Assembly: GCA_030390025.1 (NCBI GenBank)
Contig: JASTWF010000034.1
Location: forward strand, 1,922,001 to 1,986,000
Length of the DNA: 64,000 nucleotides
DNA from: Squalus acanthias
Taxonomy: Eukaryota
Direction: 5' to 3'
How positions within the stretch are numbered: position 1 is the stretch's first letter; every line of letters begins with the position of its first letter. Of the stretch, positions 40,831-53,069 are shown one piece after another. The translations under genes and the position numbers were made by a program. A model generated the notes under the pieces. The model was not told where the DNA came from, searched no databases, and saw only the letters and a program-made list of their open reading frames with translations.

Positions 40831-41125
40831 TCACAGTCTCAGAATATGGGGTCGGCCATTTCGGACTGAGATGAGGAGAAATTTCTTCATTCAGAGGGTG
40901 GTGAATCCTTGGAATTCCATGGCCCAGAGAGCTGTGGAGACTCAGTCATTGAGTATATTCAAGACACAGATCGATAGATTTTTGAATATTGAGGGAAGCA
41001 AGGGGTACGGGGATGGTGCAGGAATGTGGAGATGAGGTAGAAGAACGGCCATGATCATATTGAATGGCGGAGCAGGCTCGAAGGGCCAAATGGCCTACTC
41101 CTGCTCCTATGTCTTATGTTCTTAA
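40290..41125 (+). mobile_element. CR1 LINE 3' fragment
   Basis: MEYNAEKCEVIHF and FRTEMRRNFF motifs, plus tail. Confidence 0.92.
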
Positions 41126-42725
41126 AGCGCCCTCAATACTGTCCGATAAAATAATTCCAGGCAGGCGCATAAAAGCAAAGTAGTGCGCATGCTGTAAATC
41201 TGAAGTAAAAACAGAAAATGCTGGAAATACTCAGGATGTCAGGCAGCATCTATGGAGAGAGAAAGAGTGTTAACGTTTCAGGTCGTAGACCTTTCATTGT
41301 AACAGGCAGGTACCAATGGATTAGATAAAGAATAATGCACCACTCACCTCACTTCAACCCTCTGATATACCCCACACCATTCACTTTAACACTCTGATAT
41401 ACCCCACAAACCTCACTGTTAAACTCAGATACTGAACACCCCTCACTGCAACATTAATATACCTCACATCAATCACTATAATAATCTGATATACCCCACA
41501 ACCCCTCACTGTAACACTCTGATATAAACCACACCCCTCACTATAACAAGGATACAGCCCACACTCCTGACTGTAACACTCTCTTACATATCCCAATCAT
41601 CTTACTGTAACACACCGTTATACCCACGACCCTCACTGTGACACTTTGTGATATATTCCATATCCCTCGCTGTAACACTCTGATATACCCGACACCCCTC
41701 AATGTAACACACTGATATAACCCCACACCCCTCACTGTAACACTCTGATATGCCCATCACCGGTCATTGTATTACTCTGATGTACCCCACACCCGTAACT
41801 GTAGCACTCTGATGCAAACCCACTCTCCTGACTACAACACTCTGATATACCCCACACATGCCTTCGTGTAACACACCGATATACCCCACACCCCTTATGC
41901 TAACACTCTGATATACGCCGCTCCCCTCAATTTAATACTCTGATATACCCCACACATGCCTTCGTGTAACACACCGATATACCCCACACCCCTTATGCTA
42001 ACACTCTGATATACGCCGCTCCCCTCAATTTAAAACTCTGATATGAATCACACACCTCATTAACACTCTGATATACCCCATAATTTAACCCTCTCTTGCA
42101 TATTTCAAACCTCTCACTGTAACAGACCGATATACACCACTCACCTCACTTTAACACTCAGATATACCCCTCACCCCTCACTGTAACACTTAGATATACC
42201 CAACAACCATCAATATACCACGCACCACTAACTGTAAGACTCTGATATACCCCACACCCCTCACTGTAATACTCTGTTATACCCCACACCATTCACTTAA
42301 ATTCTCTTACATATCCCACACCTCTCATTTTAACAATCTAATATAACCCACTCTCCTCACTTTAACACACTGATATACCCCACACCATTCACTGTAACAC
42401 TTTGATATAACCAACAACCATCAAAGTAACACTCTGATATACCACACACCCCTCGCTGTAACAATTTGATATACCCCACACCCCTCACTGTAATACTCTG
42501 TTATACCCCACACCCCTCGCTGTAAAACTGTGATTTACCCGACACCTCTCACTGTAATACTGATATACACCACACTCTTCACTGTAACACACCGATATAC
42601 CCCACACGACTCACTTTAACGATCTGAATAACCCCACAACCTTCACTGTAAAACTGACATATACCCCACATGTCTCACTGTAACTCTCTGATTTTACCCA
42701 TACACCTCACTGCAACACGCTGATA

Positions 42726-43852
42726 TGAAGTGATAATTACTAGTCCTAGCCCCTTTAGGGCTACCCCGGATCAGGCATGTTCCTCAGACGTTCACTTTCA
42801 ACTAAACTTTGAGGTAGCCGAATCCTAAAGATGCTTAATTGGGTCTAAAGTTCCGGACTATCTCTCCCTAAAGGAAAGGAACAACCTGAACATGTTACCG
42901 TCCTCCAGATAGCACTTTTAATAAGATGAGCTAGACTGTAACGTTCCGGATATTATGAGGGTCCGGAAAACTCCACAGAATTCTGCAACTCCTCACCAAA
43001 GAGTGCACAGAGATTGAGTTTGCTAGTTTGATACAGAAGTCTTATGTGAGAGAATTCTAAAAATATATAGATTTATTAAAGAACCGACGTGTAATTTACA
43101 GTTGGTGAGTCAATCGCAACATTAACAGTTCCAAAAAGAGAAAGCTTACAATTCGATTATTAGAGAACCTTATTCTCAAATCTTAACTTCGCTACAGTTT
43201 TACAATTCTCAGTTTTTGCATGATATCCACCAAAATCAAATACCTTTGATACCCGAGGTACAAAGAGTTGGAGACAAACAGAGCCGTCTCTGAAGCCAAG
43301 AATCAACTTGCCCGTTTAAAGCGAGTCTACTATCCCATTTGAGAGTTCAATATTTATACCCTTTTCCAGTGGTAATTAATTTAAGGTTTTCTGCTGATGT
43401 AAGCTAATTATCTCTGGTCATTTTTCTGCTGACCCCTGCAATTCTTACAGTCACCACAGCTGGTAGCAATGCAGAATTATGTCTCTTCTCTAGGTTTTCT
43501 AAATTTTCCATAAAAAACGGTGTAACGGCAGGTGCGTTTTACTTGATGTCATTTTTACGAAGGCAAATGTTTATGCTTCTTTACGAGGTATAAATTAGAA
43601 CACCTTAACCAGGGTGAAGCATTGTCTTGTTACGAAATGTCAGCCTACCGGAGCCTTTAACCTTCTGTTTCAATAAGGTTATTGACTCAGTGTCAACAAC
43701 TATCTTATCTCTACAGCCAGTATGCTTTCAGAGCTTTTTCATAGTTAGGTTTCTAGATTTCCAGACCCAGTTTGTCATGTTTTAATAAGGCCAGAAATCC
43801 TTTATAGAATGGTGTATTTTTCTGAATAGGTTATATGGCTTATTCTTTCACA
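42726..43852 (-). mobile_element. Solo LTR (1127 bp), different family
   Basis: TG...CA ends with GATA TSD (42722-42725, 43853-43856). Minus-strand TATAAA near 43355 lies upstream of AATAAA near 43075. Confidence 0.8.
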
Positions 43853-43929
43853 GATAAACCACACACCTCTCACTGTAACACTCTGATATAACCCACACTC
43901 CTGATTGTAACACTCTCTTACATACCCCA

Positions 43930-44770
43930 AGGAAGGCAAATGGTGTGCTGGCCTTTATTACAAGAAGATTTGAGTACAGGAGTAAATAAGTCTTCCTCCT
44001 TTTATATAGGGCCTTGGTGAGACCACACCTGGAGTACTGTGTACAATTTTGGTTTCCTTAACTAAGGAAGGATATACTTGCCACAGAGGGAGTGTAACGA
44101 AGGTTGATGAGATTGATTCCTGGGAAGGCGGGACTGTCATATGAGTGGAGATTAAATAAACTAGGCCTGTATTCTCTTGAATTCAGAAGAATGAGAGGTG
44201 TATCTCATTGAAGCATAAACAATTATTGCAGTGCTTGATAGGTTGGATGCTGGGAGAATGTTTCCCTTGGTTGGGGAGTCTAGAACCAAGGGCCACAACC
44301 TTATGATAAAGCGTAGGCCATTCAGGACTGAGATGAGAAGCATAGAAACATAGAATCACAGAAGATAGGAGCAGGAGTAGGCCATTCGGCCCCTCGAGCC
44401 TGCTCCGCCATTTAATGCGATCATGGCTGATCATCCAAATTCAGTACCCTGTCCCTGCCTTCTCCTCATATCCCTTGATCCCCTTAGCCTTAAGAAATAT
44501 ATCTATCTCTAATAAAGACATTTCTTCACAGAGGGTGGTGAATCTTTGGAATTATCTACCCCAGAGGGCTGTGGAGGCTCAGTCATTGAATATATTCAAA
44601 ACAGAAGTCGATAGATTTCTGACTAGTAAGGGCATCAATGGATATCGAGATAAGGCCGGTGAATGGAATTGAGGCAGAAAATCAGCCATGATCTCATTCA
44701 ATGGCGGAGCAGGCTCAAGGGGCCGAATGGCTTACTTCTGCTCCTATTTCTTTCATTCTTATGTTCTTAA
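43930..44770 (+). mobile_element. CR1 3' fragment with a nested inverted CR1 tail (~44340-44510)
   Basis: RPHLEYCVQFW and QRVVNLWN motifs on either side of an opposite-orientation CATAGAAACATAGAA...GGAGCAGGAG tail. Confidence 0.85.
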
Positions 44771-45561
44771 ACCTCTCACTGTAACACACCGTTTTACCCC
44801 ACACCCCTCACTGTAACACTCTCGGATATGCTCCATACCCCTTACTGTAACACTCTGATATACCCAATACCCCTCAAAGTAAAACACTCATATAAAATCA
44901 CATCCCTCATTGTAACACTCTGTTATACGCTACACCTCCTACTGTAAAAATCTGATATACCCGACACCGCTCATTGTATTACTCTGATGTACCCCACACC
45001 CCTCACTGTAACACTCTGATATACCCGACACCCTTCAATGTAAAACACTCATATAAACCCACACTCCTGATTGTAACACTCTGATATACCCAACACCGCT
45101 CATTGTATTACTCTGATATACCCCACACACCCCTCACTGTAAATATCTATATACCCAACACCCCTTACTGTAACACTCTGATATAAATCCACGCCCCTGA
45201 CTATAACACTCTGCTATACCCCACACATCCCTTACAGTAACACACTGATATACCTCACACACCTCTCTGTACCACTATGATATACCCCTTACTTTAATCC
45301 TCTCTTACATATTCCAAACCTCTCACTGTAACAGACCAATATACCCCACTCACCTCACTTCAACACTCTGATATACCCCACACCCCTCACTGTAATGCTC
45401 TGATATACCCCACACCCCTCACTTCAACACTCTGATATACCCCACACCCATCACTGTAATGCTCTGATATACCGCACACTTCTCGCTGTAACACTTTGAT
45501 ATAAACAAGAAACACCAATGTAACACACTGATATACCCCACACCGCTTACGGTAACACTAT

Positions 45562-46286
45562 GGCCCAGAAATTGATCTCGCTCTGTTCCCGCGGGGGTAA
45601 GCCTTCCCCGCGATGTCTCACCTCGCTTATGGTTTTTCAGATCCAGCTCGCACGAACTTGATGTTCCAGACATCAGCTGTGCTGGGCTTGCGTATCCCAG
45701 CGGCGTAGTGAATTCGTGCGAGCTGTCGGATCACGTGACTCAGTTAGAGCCAATGGCAGCACACCATCTTCCATTCATAAGTCTCACAGCATGGCTGTGA
45801 AATCTATGAATCTTACACCCCCCCAAAATAACAGCTAAACCTCAATTAAATTAAAAAAAAAACCATCACATTAATAAAATAAGTATAGTTAATTAAATTA
45901 ACCATTTTAAATAAAAATTTAAAATCTTTTAAAAAGTTATAAAAATAAACTTACCTGTCTTTAAAGTCTCTAAAAAAGATATACCTGTAAAAAAAAATTC
46001 AAAAAAATACTTAATTCACTACTTACCTTCTTAAAAGCGGGTCTTACTCCTCCTTTTTACATTTCCAAAATCTTCCCGACTTACCTGCGCGTCCAAAGCA
46101 TGAAGTGCACAGCGTGCGCGCAGCCTGTAGCGCGCACGCGATGCACCCAGGCCCCGCCCCCTTTTCAGAAGAGCAATTGCCGGTTTTCAGCGCATGCGCA
46201 GTGCATGCAGAAAACCGGCAATTGGAGTGGGAATACGCGAGAGTACGCAGTGCGTACTCTCGCGTCCCGGGATCAATTTTCGGCCC
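45562..46286. mobile_element. Non-autonomous TIR element (PIF/Harbinger-type MITE)
   Basis: Ends GGCCCAGAAATTGATC and GATCAATTTTCGGCCC are imperfect inverted repeats, and the element interrupts the satellite. TSD is not clean. Confidence 0.7.
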
Positions 46287-47169
46287 ATTGATATACCCCA
46301 CAAACCTCACTGCAACATGCTGATAAACCCCACACCCCTCACTGTAACACTGTGATATACACCACACACATCACTGTAACACTCTGATTTAACTCACTAC
46401 AACACGCTGATAAACCCCACACCCCTCACAGTAATAATCTGATATACCCCAACCCCCACATTGTTAAACTCTAATATACTGCACACCCCTCATTGTAACA
46501 CACTGATATACCCCACACACCTCACTGCAACACGCTGATAAACTCCACACCCCTCATTGTAATCCTTTGATATACACCAAAACCCCTCACTGTAACACTA
46601 TGATAAACCCCACACCACTCACTGTAACTCTCTGATAAACCCCACACCCCTCATTGTAACACTCTGATACACCCCTCAATGTAATTCTCTCTTACATACT
46701 GATATACCCCACACCACTCACTGTTGTCACTGCCACTTTAATCCCATGGGCTTCAATGTTGGTAATATGTAATCCTTTCTCAAGCACCTTTTGTAATGAT
46801 TTGGAAATTAGGAAAGTGTGAGAAGTATCAATCATACAACGATAGAATTGGAGATCCAAGTGGTGTTGACAATTTGTTTAGCGTACTTGAAGCCCCGCTC
46901 TGATCACAGGCCTCATCAGGTTTCAATCAATGAATTATAAAATCATTGATTTTAATCCTATTTTATTATTTCGATGTATTTGTTATCAGGCTAGGGGTGA
47001 CGCTGTCAATGCCGGTATCACTTGTCCATCCCTAGTTACCCATGAGAAAATGGTGGGCCTTCATCTTGAGCCGCTGCAGTCCGCGTGGTGATGGTGCTCC
47101 CACAATACTGTTACTGAAGGATTTTCAAGCTTTTGACCCAGTGACGATGAAAGAACGGCGATATATTTG

Positions 47170-47590
47170 AAGGGTACGGTAGAACAGTGGTTATGTTGCT
47201 GGACTAGTTGATACCAAATGACTGGACAAATGATCCAGAGACATGTGTTCAGATCCCAAAAAGCTGGGGGAATTTAAATTCAATTAATTAAACAAATCTG
47301 GAATGAAATGCTTTTGTCAATAATGGTGACCATGAAAGTACCGGATTGTCATAAAAATCCATTTGGTTCACTAATGGCCTTTCGGGAAGGAAATCTGCTG
47401 TCCTTACCTGGTCTGGCAGAAATGTGACTCCAGACCCCCTGCAATGTGGTTGACTCTTACCTGGCCTCTGAAATGGCCAATCAAGACATTTTACTTGTCT
47501 CAGGTGGCTCACCACCACCCGCTCAATGGCAATTAGGGATGGGCAATAAATGCTGGCCTTGTCAGCGACGCCCACATCCCAAGAATTAGA
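47170..47590 (+). mobile_element. tRNA-headed SINE with a LINE-derived tail
   Basis: Degenerate A/B-box head (GGTAGAACAGTGGTTATG...GTTCAGATCCC) and tail AGGGATGGGCAATAAATGCTGGCCTTG..GACGCCCACATCC. Confidence 0.7.
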
Positions 47591-47869
47591 GATAAAAATG
47601 ATTTATTAAGTGTCATAATGATTAAAAAAGCATCATAATGTTTTATTAATAGTCATAATGATTTATAAAGGGTTATAAAAGATCTGTAAAGTGGTGCAAT
47701 GATTTTAAAGGGTTATAATGACTAATAAAGTCCTGTTGCCGGGCCATCTCCTCCCCGGGCTGGGCTGCTCGGGGTCCTGTGGGCCAGGCCAGGCTGCTCC
47801 GCCTCGCCGCCCGCTCTCACAGTAACCGGGACTCCAACTGCTCCCGCCACCATTGAAAGTCCCGGAGTG

Positions 47870-49080
47870 ACCACCGCAAGCCTTGTGCTTGGCCCCAGAC
47901 ACACAATCCTTGTGCGGGGCCCCAGAGCCACCATCTTTGTGCGGGGCCCCAGAACCGCCAACTTTGTGCGGGGCCCCAGTGCCGCCATCATTGTGCGGGG
48001 CCCCAGAGCTGCCATCTTTGTGCGGGGCCCCATAGCCTCCATCTTTATGCATGGCCCCAGAGCCGCCATCTTTGTGCGGGTCCCCAGACCCGCCGTCTTT
48101 GTGCGGGTTCCCAGAGCCGCCATCCTTGTGCGGGTCCCCAGATCCGCCATTCTTGTGCGGGGCCCCAGAGCCGCCATCTTTGAGCGGGTCCCCAGAGCCG
48201 CCATGCTTGTGCAGAGCCCCAGAGCCTCCATCTTTGTGCATGGCCCCGCAGCCGCCATCATTGTGCTGGGCCCCCGAGACGCCATCTTTGTGCTGTGCCC
48301 CAGAGCCGCCATCTTTGTGCGGGTCCGCGGAGCCGCCATTTTTGTGCGATGCCCCGGAGCCGCCATTTTTGTGCGAAGCCCCAGAGCCGCCATTGTTGTG
48401 CGGGGCCCCGGAGCCGCCATTATTGTGCGGGGCCCCGGAGCCGCCATTCTTGTGCTGGGCCCCGGAGCCGCCATCGTTGTGCTGGGACCCGGAGCCGCCA
48501 TCTTTGTGCTGGGCCCCGGAGCCGCCATCTTTGTGCTGTGCCCCAGAGCCGCCATCGTTGTGCTGGGCCCCGGAGCCGCAAACTTTGTGCTGGGCCCCGG
48601 AGCCGCAAACTTTGTGCTGGGCCCCGGAGCCGCCATCTTTGCGCTGGGCTCCAGAGCCGCCATATTTGTGCGGGGCCCCATAGCCGCCAATTTTGTGCAG
48701 TAACCAGAGCCGCCATCTTTATGCGGGGCCCCAGAGCCGCCATCTTTGTGCTGAGCCCCAGAGGCGCCATCTTTGTGCGGGGCCCCGGAGCCGCCATCTT
48801 TGTGCGGGTCCTCGGAGCCGCCATTTTTGTTCAGTAGCCAGAGCCGCCATTTTTATGTGGAGCCCCGGAGCCGCCATCTTTGTGCTGTGCCCCAGAGCCA
48901 GCATTTTTGTGCAGGGCCGCGGAGTCGCCATTTTTTGTCGGGGGCCCCAGAGCCGCCATTGTTGTGCGGAGCCCCAGAGGCACCATTGTTGTGATGTGCC
49001 CCAGGAACCGCCCCCTTTGTGCGGGGCGCTGGTGCCGCCACCTTTTTGTGGAGCCCCAGAGCCGCCATCTTTGTGCGGCA
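47870..49080. repeat. 27-bp CpG-rich minisatellite (~45 units)
   Basis: Unit GGGCCCCAGAGCCGCCATCTTTGTGCG. A period divisible by 3 explains the stack of repeat ORFs. Confidence 0.95.
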
Positions 49081-49140
49081 CGCCACCCTATGAGGCCCTG
49101 TGAACTCACAACTCTCAGTCTGCAAAGTCTCCGCCTCTTC

Positions 49141-50042
49141 TTATCCTTTAATGAATTTTACAATCAGAGTAAAGGGATATTTCCCCACATTCTTCACCTG
49201 CTGTCTAAACTTAGTCTGGGTCACGGCGTAAATCCCAGTGTTTGTGCAGCAACTCAGCAGCTGCAGCATGAATCCCAGTTCCATTACATAAACAGGTATA
49301 AATACAGAATCATACCCCAACCACCACATCCGGCTCCATATAGAGTACACCATAAACACTGTCCATAACAGGATGAAATTGCCGGAGATAACAAGCAGTA
49401 AAATTATGGATTTCCTGCGGCTCTCCATCTCTGGGTCTCTGGGACTCTCCCCACTGCTGGGACCCCGGAGTCTCCTGCGGGCTCTGCTGGCCACCAAAAT
49501 GTGTCTGACGGTGACAGCATTGAGCAGCAGAATCACCACAAATGGGAAACACGGGGTGAGAATATAATGAAGGAGCTCGATTGTTCCCCAGACCCGTGAA
49601 TGCCGAACATCCTCTGTGACCTCACAAAACCAGGGGACGTTCCCAAACGAATACCCACCTCTGAACATAAAATACCAGGTGATGTTCTTTAAACCGCTCA
49701 GCACACTCACTGTTCCCAGAACCACAGCCGCCGTTTTCTCGGTGCAATATTTAGTTTTCAGCTTCTGGCAACAAATGGCCACAAATCGATCAAAGGTGAA
49801 AGTGACGGTGAACCAGACAGAACAGTCTGTGGCTGCGAACAGCAGGACGGCGTGGATATTACACACGGGGATCGACCGCACGAAAATAAACTTTTCCTCA
49901 TAAACAATGGGAATCTGCCTCAATATCAGGTCGAGGAAAACGACCAGTAGATCCGCCGCTGCCATGGCCACCAGGTAGCGAGTGACACATTTGGAGAGAC
50001 CGCACTTTCCCCGAGACAGGATCACAATCGTCACTAAGTTCA
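49141..50042 (-). CDS. GPR139/GPR142-like class A GPCR, large terminal coding exon (end of TM1 to C-terminus)
   Basis: 300 open codons with NLVTIVIL, MAAADLLV (TM2), CNIH...FTFDRFVAIC (TM3, DRY variant), ECL2 Cys (PWFC) and SCCTNTGIY (TM7). Preceded by the acceptor TTTCCCTTCCTCACAG|TG. First exon not located. Confidence 0.88.
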
Positions 50043-52186
50043 CTGTGAGGAAGGGAAATAAACAGGGAAATTATTCATCAGGCTGGGAGCAAAAGCAGCA
50101 GTTTGATGGAATTCGGGGTGAAATCTGCAACTCACGAGCGACATTCAATGATATAATCTAATCCTATTACCTGTGGAGCTGAATACAGGGCTTATTGTAA
50201 GAATAATCGGGAATACATTGTGGAATCAGTAACTGAAATGGGAATAAATACAATACGAAAGTAACAGATGTTTGATCAAGGAGAGATTAAATGATCGATC
50301 TACATTTAGCCCAGCAGACAAAAGCACCACCCGAGGTACCAGGGACACAAAGGACCAGACCCTCTCAGGAAGCCTTCCTGTCCCGGGATCAGTCAGCATT
50401 TGGAGCGGTGCAGTTCGCTTCTGTGCCCCTGTGTTAGCGGGGGGTGGTGGGGATCCCGCTTGGATTCCTGCTCCTGGTCAGAATATCCATTCTATTTAGA
50501 ACTGAAAAGGAATGCAACAGCAAAATACAGAAACTGCAACCTTGGCATGCAATAATTACAGGCAATTGTATGTAAAATGTACGGATGTAATACGACAATG
50601 CTAAGATAATAAATACAAGTGCACTGCAGTTATAAAGATAACTGGGCTATCAGTTATGTTTTGAAGATAGAGTTTTCTGCATTTTTGTTGTAAGACACAA
50701 ATTCTAGCTCATTGAAAGGAAGATTTGCCAAGTAACATTGCAAATAATGGACTCTGAATTAAAGTAAATAGCGATGATCGACCAGGTAATGTCCCACTAA
50801 ATGCGTTTATCAGTATCGAAATCAGACAATTTATCCCACAGGCAAAGTGCGGTTGTAAAGTATCTGAGCGCAAATGGAAGAGATTTATCCTTGTACTTTT
50901 TCACCTGTTGTTTCCAACCTGTGTAGAGAATATTAGACGAGAAGACATCAAAGGATTTTCTTATCCTCAGTACTTCAGTTACAATCAGCTGGGATTGTTT
51001 ATCCTGAAGTACAGCAGGAGGCAATAGAGAAACACTCTGGGTCTCACTGACAGAGCCACTGAACTGTGACAGACGGGCATGGGATGCAATTGTGAATTCA
51101 AATCAATGATCAAAAAGAAATGTATTGAAATCTGGCTGAATGAACGTTTTGTGAGAATGTAAATTATCCTTGTAATCCTTTTTTAACCATCAGAAGCGTT
51201 GCCAATAATGCCGAACTGGAGAGGGTGGGAAAGGAGACACTGACTGGAACTGAATGATTAGCGGATATTTCAGACATTTAAAGATGTGGATGTGATCTGC
51301 CAGGATTTGTTCCTGTGACTCTGTAAGTAACCATACCGAGCATTAGGTGAAATCAAAAGCAAAATACTGCGGATACTGGAAATCTGAAATGAAAACAGAA
51401 AATGATGGAAATACTCAGCGGGTCAGGCAGCATCTGCGGAGAGAGAGAGAAACAGAGTTAACGTTTCAGGTCGATGGCCTTTCGCCATTAGGTGAAAAGT
51501 CTCCCGAACCAAGACAGCATTCTTCTGACCTGATACTAATGTTCAGTGTCGTTAGCAGACTGACATTCCTTGAATAAAGAGTCACCTCCAATAAATTTGC
51601 CAGAGTTGAACATTTGAATCTTGGTAACACGAAATCACCTTCAGAATCAATAGCTGACAGCAGCGCGGATGGGCTGGGGAACGACAGAGAGAGAAACACA
51701 GATAATCATGGGGGGAAAAGTCGGTTGGTTAGCACCTCCCCTGAGCACCTTCGGGGGGAGGGGTAACGGGGAGATAGGAGCTTAGTGCCCGAGTGCGGCT
51801 AGTTTAGCACCGCTCAGAAATTGACCAGTCATTTTGCGCTGGCACTAAACACTGCCGCCACGATCTCCTGCGCCTGCAGATCGTGACATCAGTCGAGCGT
51901 GCAATGCCCTGGTGGCGCCCTGGACTGAAAATTGACTCGCGTCCCCTGCCTTAGAGCCTGCCGCTAGGAACAACACGTAGAGGGGGTGTGTTTTCAAGTC
52001 GGGAAGGGGCTGGAGGAGTGCTATTTAAAGCCTCCTGCCGTATCTTGTCACCGAATTATTTGGACCACGCATGTTGAGAGACGCCTGGAGAGATTCGACG
52101 CTCACCGAAGGAGTTCTATGTTCTGAGCACCAATTTGGTGGTTCATTTTTATTTCACCTTCCTTCTAACGATATTTGTAAGCTTCG

Positions 52187-53069
52187 ATGGGGGCCGCACT
52201 AACTTGGGGCGTCGTCGTCCAGTTTCATCTTCGGAGACAGCAGAGACGCAGAGAGAGAGAGTGGCAAACGCGACCAGCGGAGTAGGTCCAACATGAGACC
52301 TTACCCTCCCAGGGTATTCAGGGAGCAATTCTCCTCCTATATCCATTTGTCTGAGGAGCAGTGTTTCCAATGGCTGCGCTTCAGCAAGGAGGTGGTCACT
52401 GAGCTCTGCCACCTCCTGCAACCAGATGTGCAGCCTCAGCTCAGGACCAGGACGTCTCTGTCGATGGCAGTGAAGTTGACAGTGGCTCGGAATTTCTAAG
52501 TCAGCGGTTCCTTTCAGGCTTCTACTGGGGATATAGTGAATATCTCCCAGTTCGCTGTTCATTGTTGCATCCGAGAGGAGACAAAATCTTTGTATAAGAG
52601 GAGACGCCAGTACATCACTTCTCATGACCCGGGACCAACAGCGCAAACACGCATGTGACTTTGCGAGGATAGCGGGCTTCCCCATGGTTCAGAGTGCCTT
52701 TGACTGCATGCATCTGTCATTGTGGGCACCTCATGAGAATGCAGAGGTGTTCGGAAACCACAAGGGCTTCCACTCTCTGAATGGCCATTTGGTCTGTGAC
52801 CACAGACAGCACATACTCGCCGTCAATGCACGCCATCATGGCAGCAGCGACAGCACTTTTATCCTGCACCAGACCACTGCTGCAGACCTCTTCCAACCAT
52901 CGTGTCAACCTAGTGGATGGCTCCTCGCGGACAAGGGTTGTCCACTCTGCACCTGGCTGATGACACCGCTCCAAAAACCCAACACCCCTGCCGAGTGGCA
53001 ATACAATGAGAGCCATAGCGCCAACAAAAATCTCATAGAGCAGACGTCCGGCATCTTGACACAACGGTT
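52187..53069 (+). pseudogene. HARBI1-like DDE transposase pseudogene, 5' part
   Basis: RPYPPRVFRE, LSEEQC..LRFSKEVV, SGSFQ, VQSAFDCMHL, GFHSLN, GWLLADKG and NLIEQTSGILTQR. Stop at 52497-52499 plus frameshifts. Confidence 0.9.

Larger units (their letters stand above)
41340..46725. repeat. Degenerate ~32-bp satellite block, interrupted by a solo LTR, a CR1 and a MITE
   Basis: CACTGTAACACTCTGATATACCCCACACCCCT-like units. Confidence 0.9.

Noticed and set aside
47705..49125. Stack of long Gly/Ala/Pro-rich ORFs (up to 322 aa) on both strands
   Set aside because: Translations of a stop-poor 27-bp minisatellite; open in nearly all frames.
50165..50235. CAG|GTAAT donor as the end of GPCR exon 1
   Set aside because: The upstream frame hits a stop within about 20 codons, has no ATG and does not resemble TM1.
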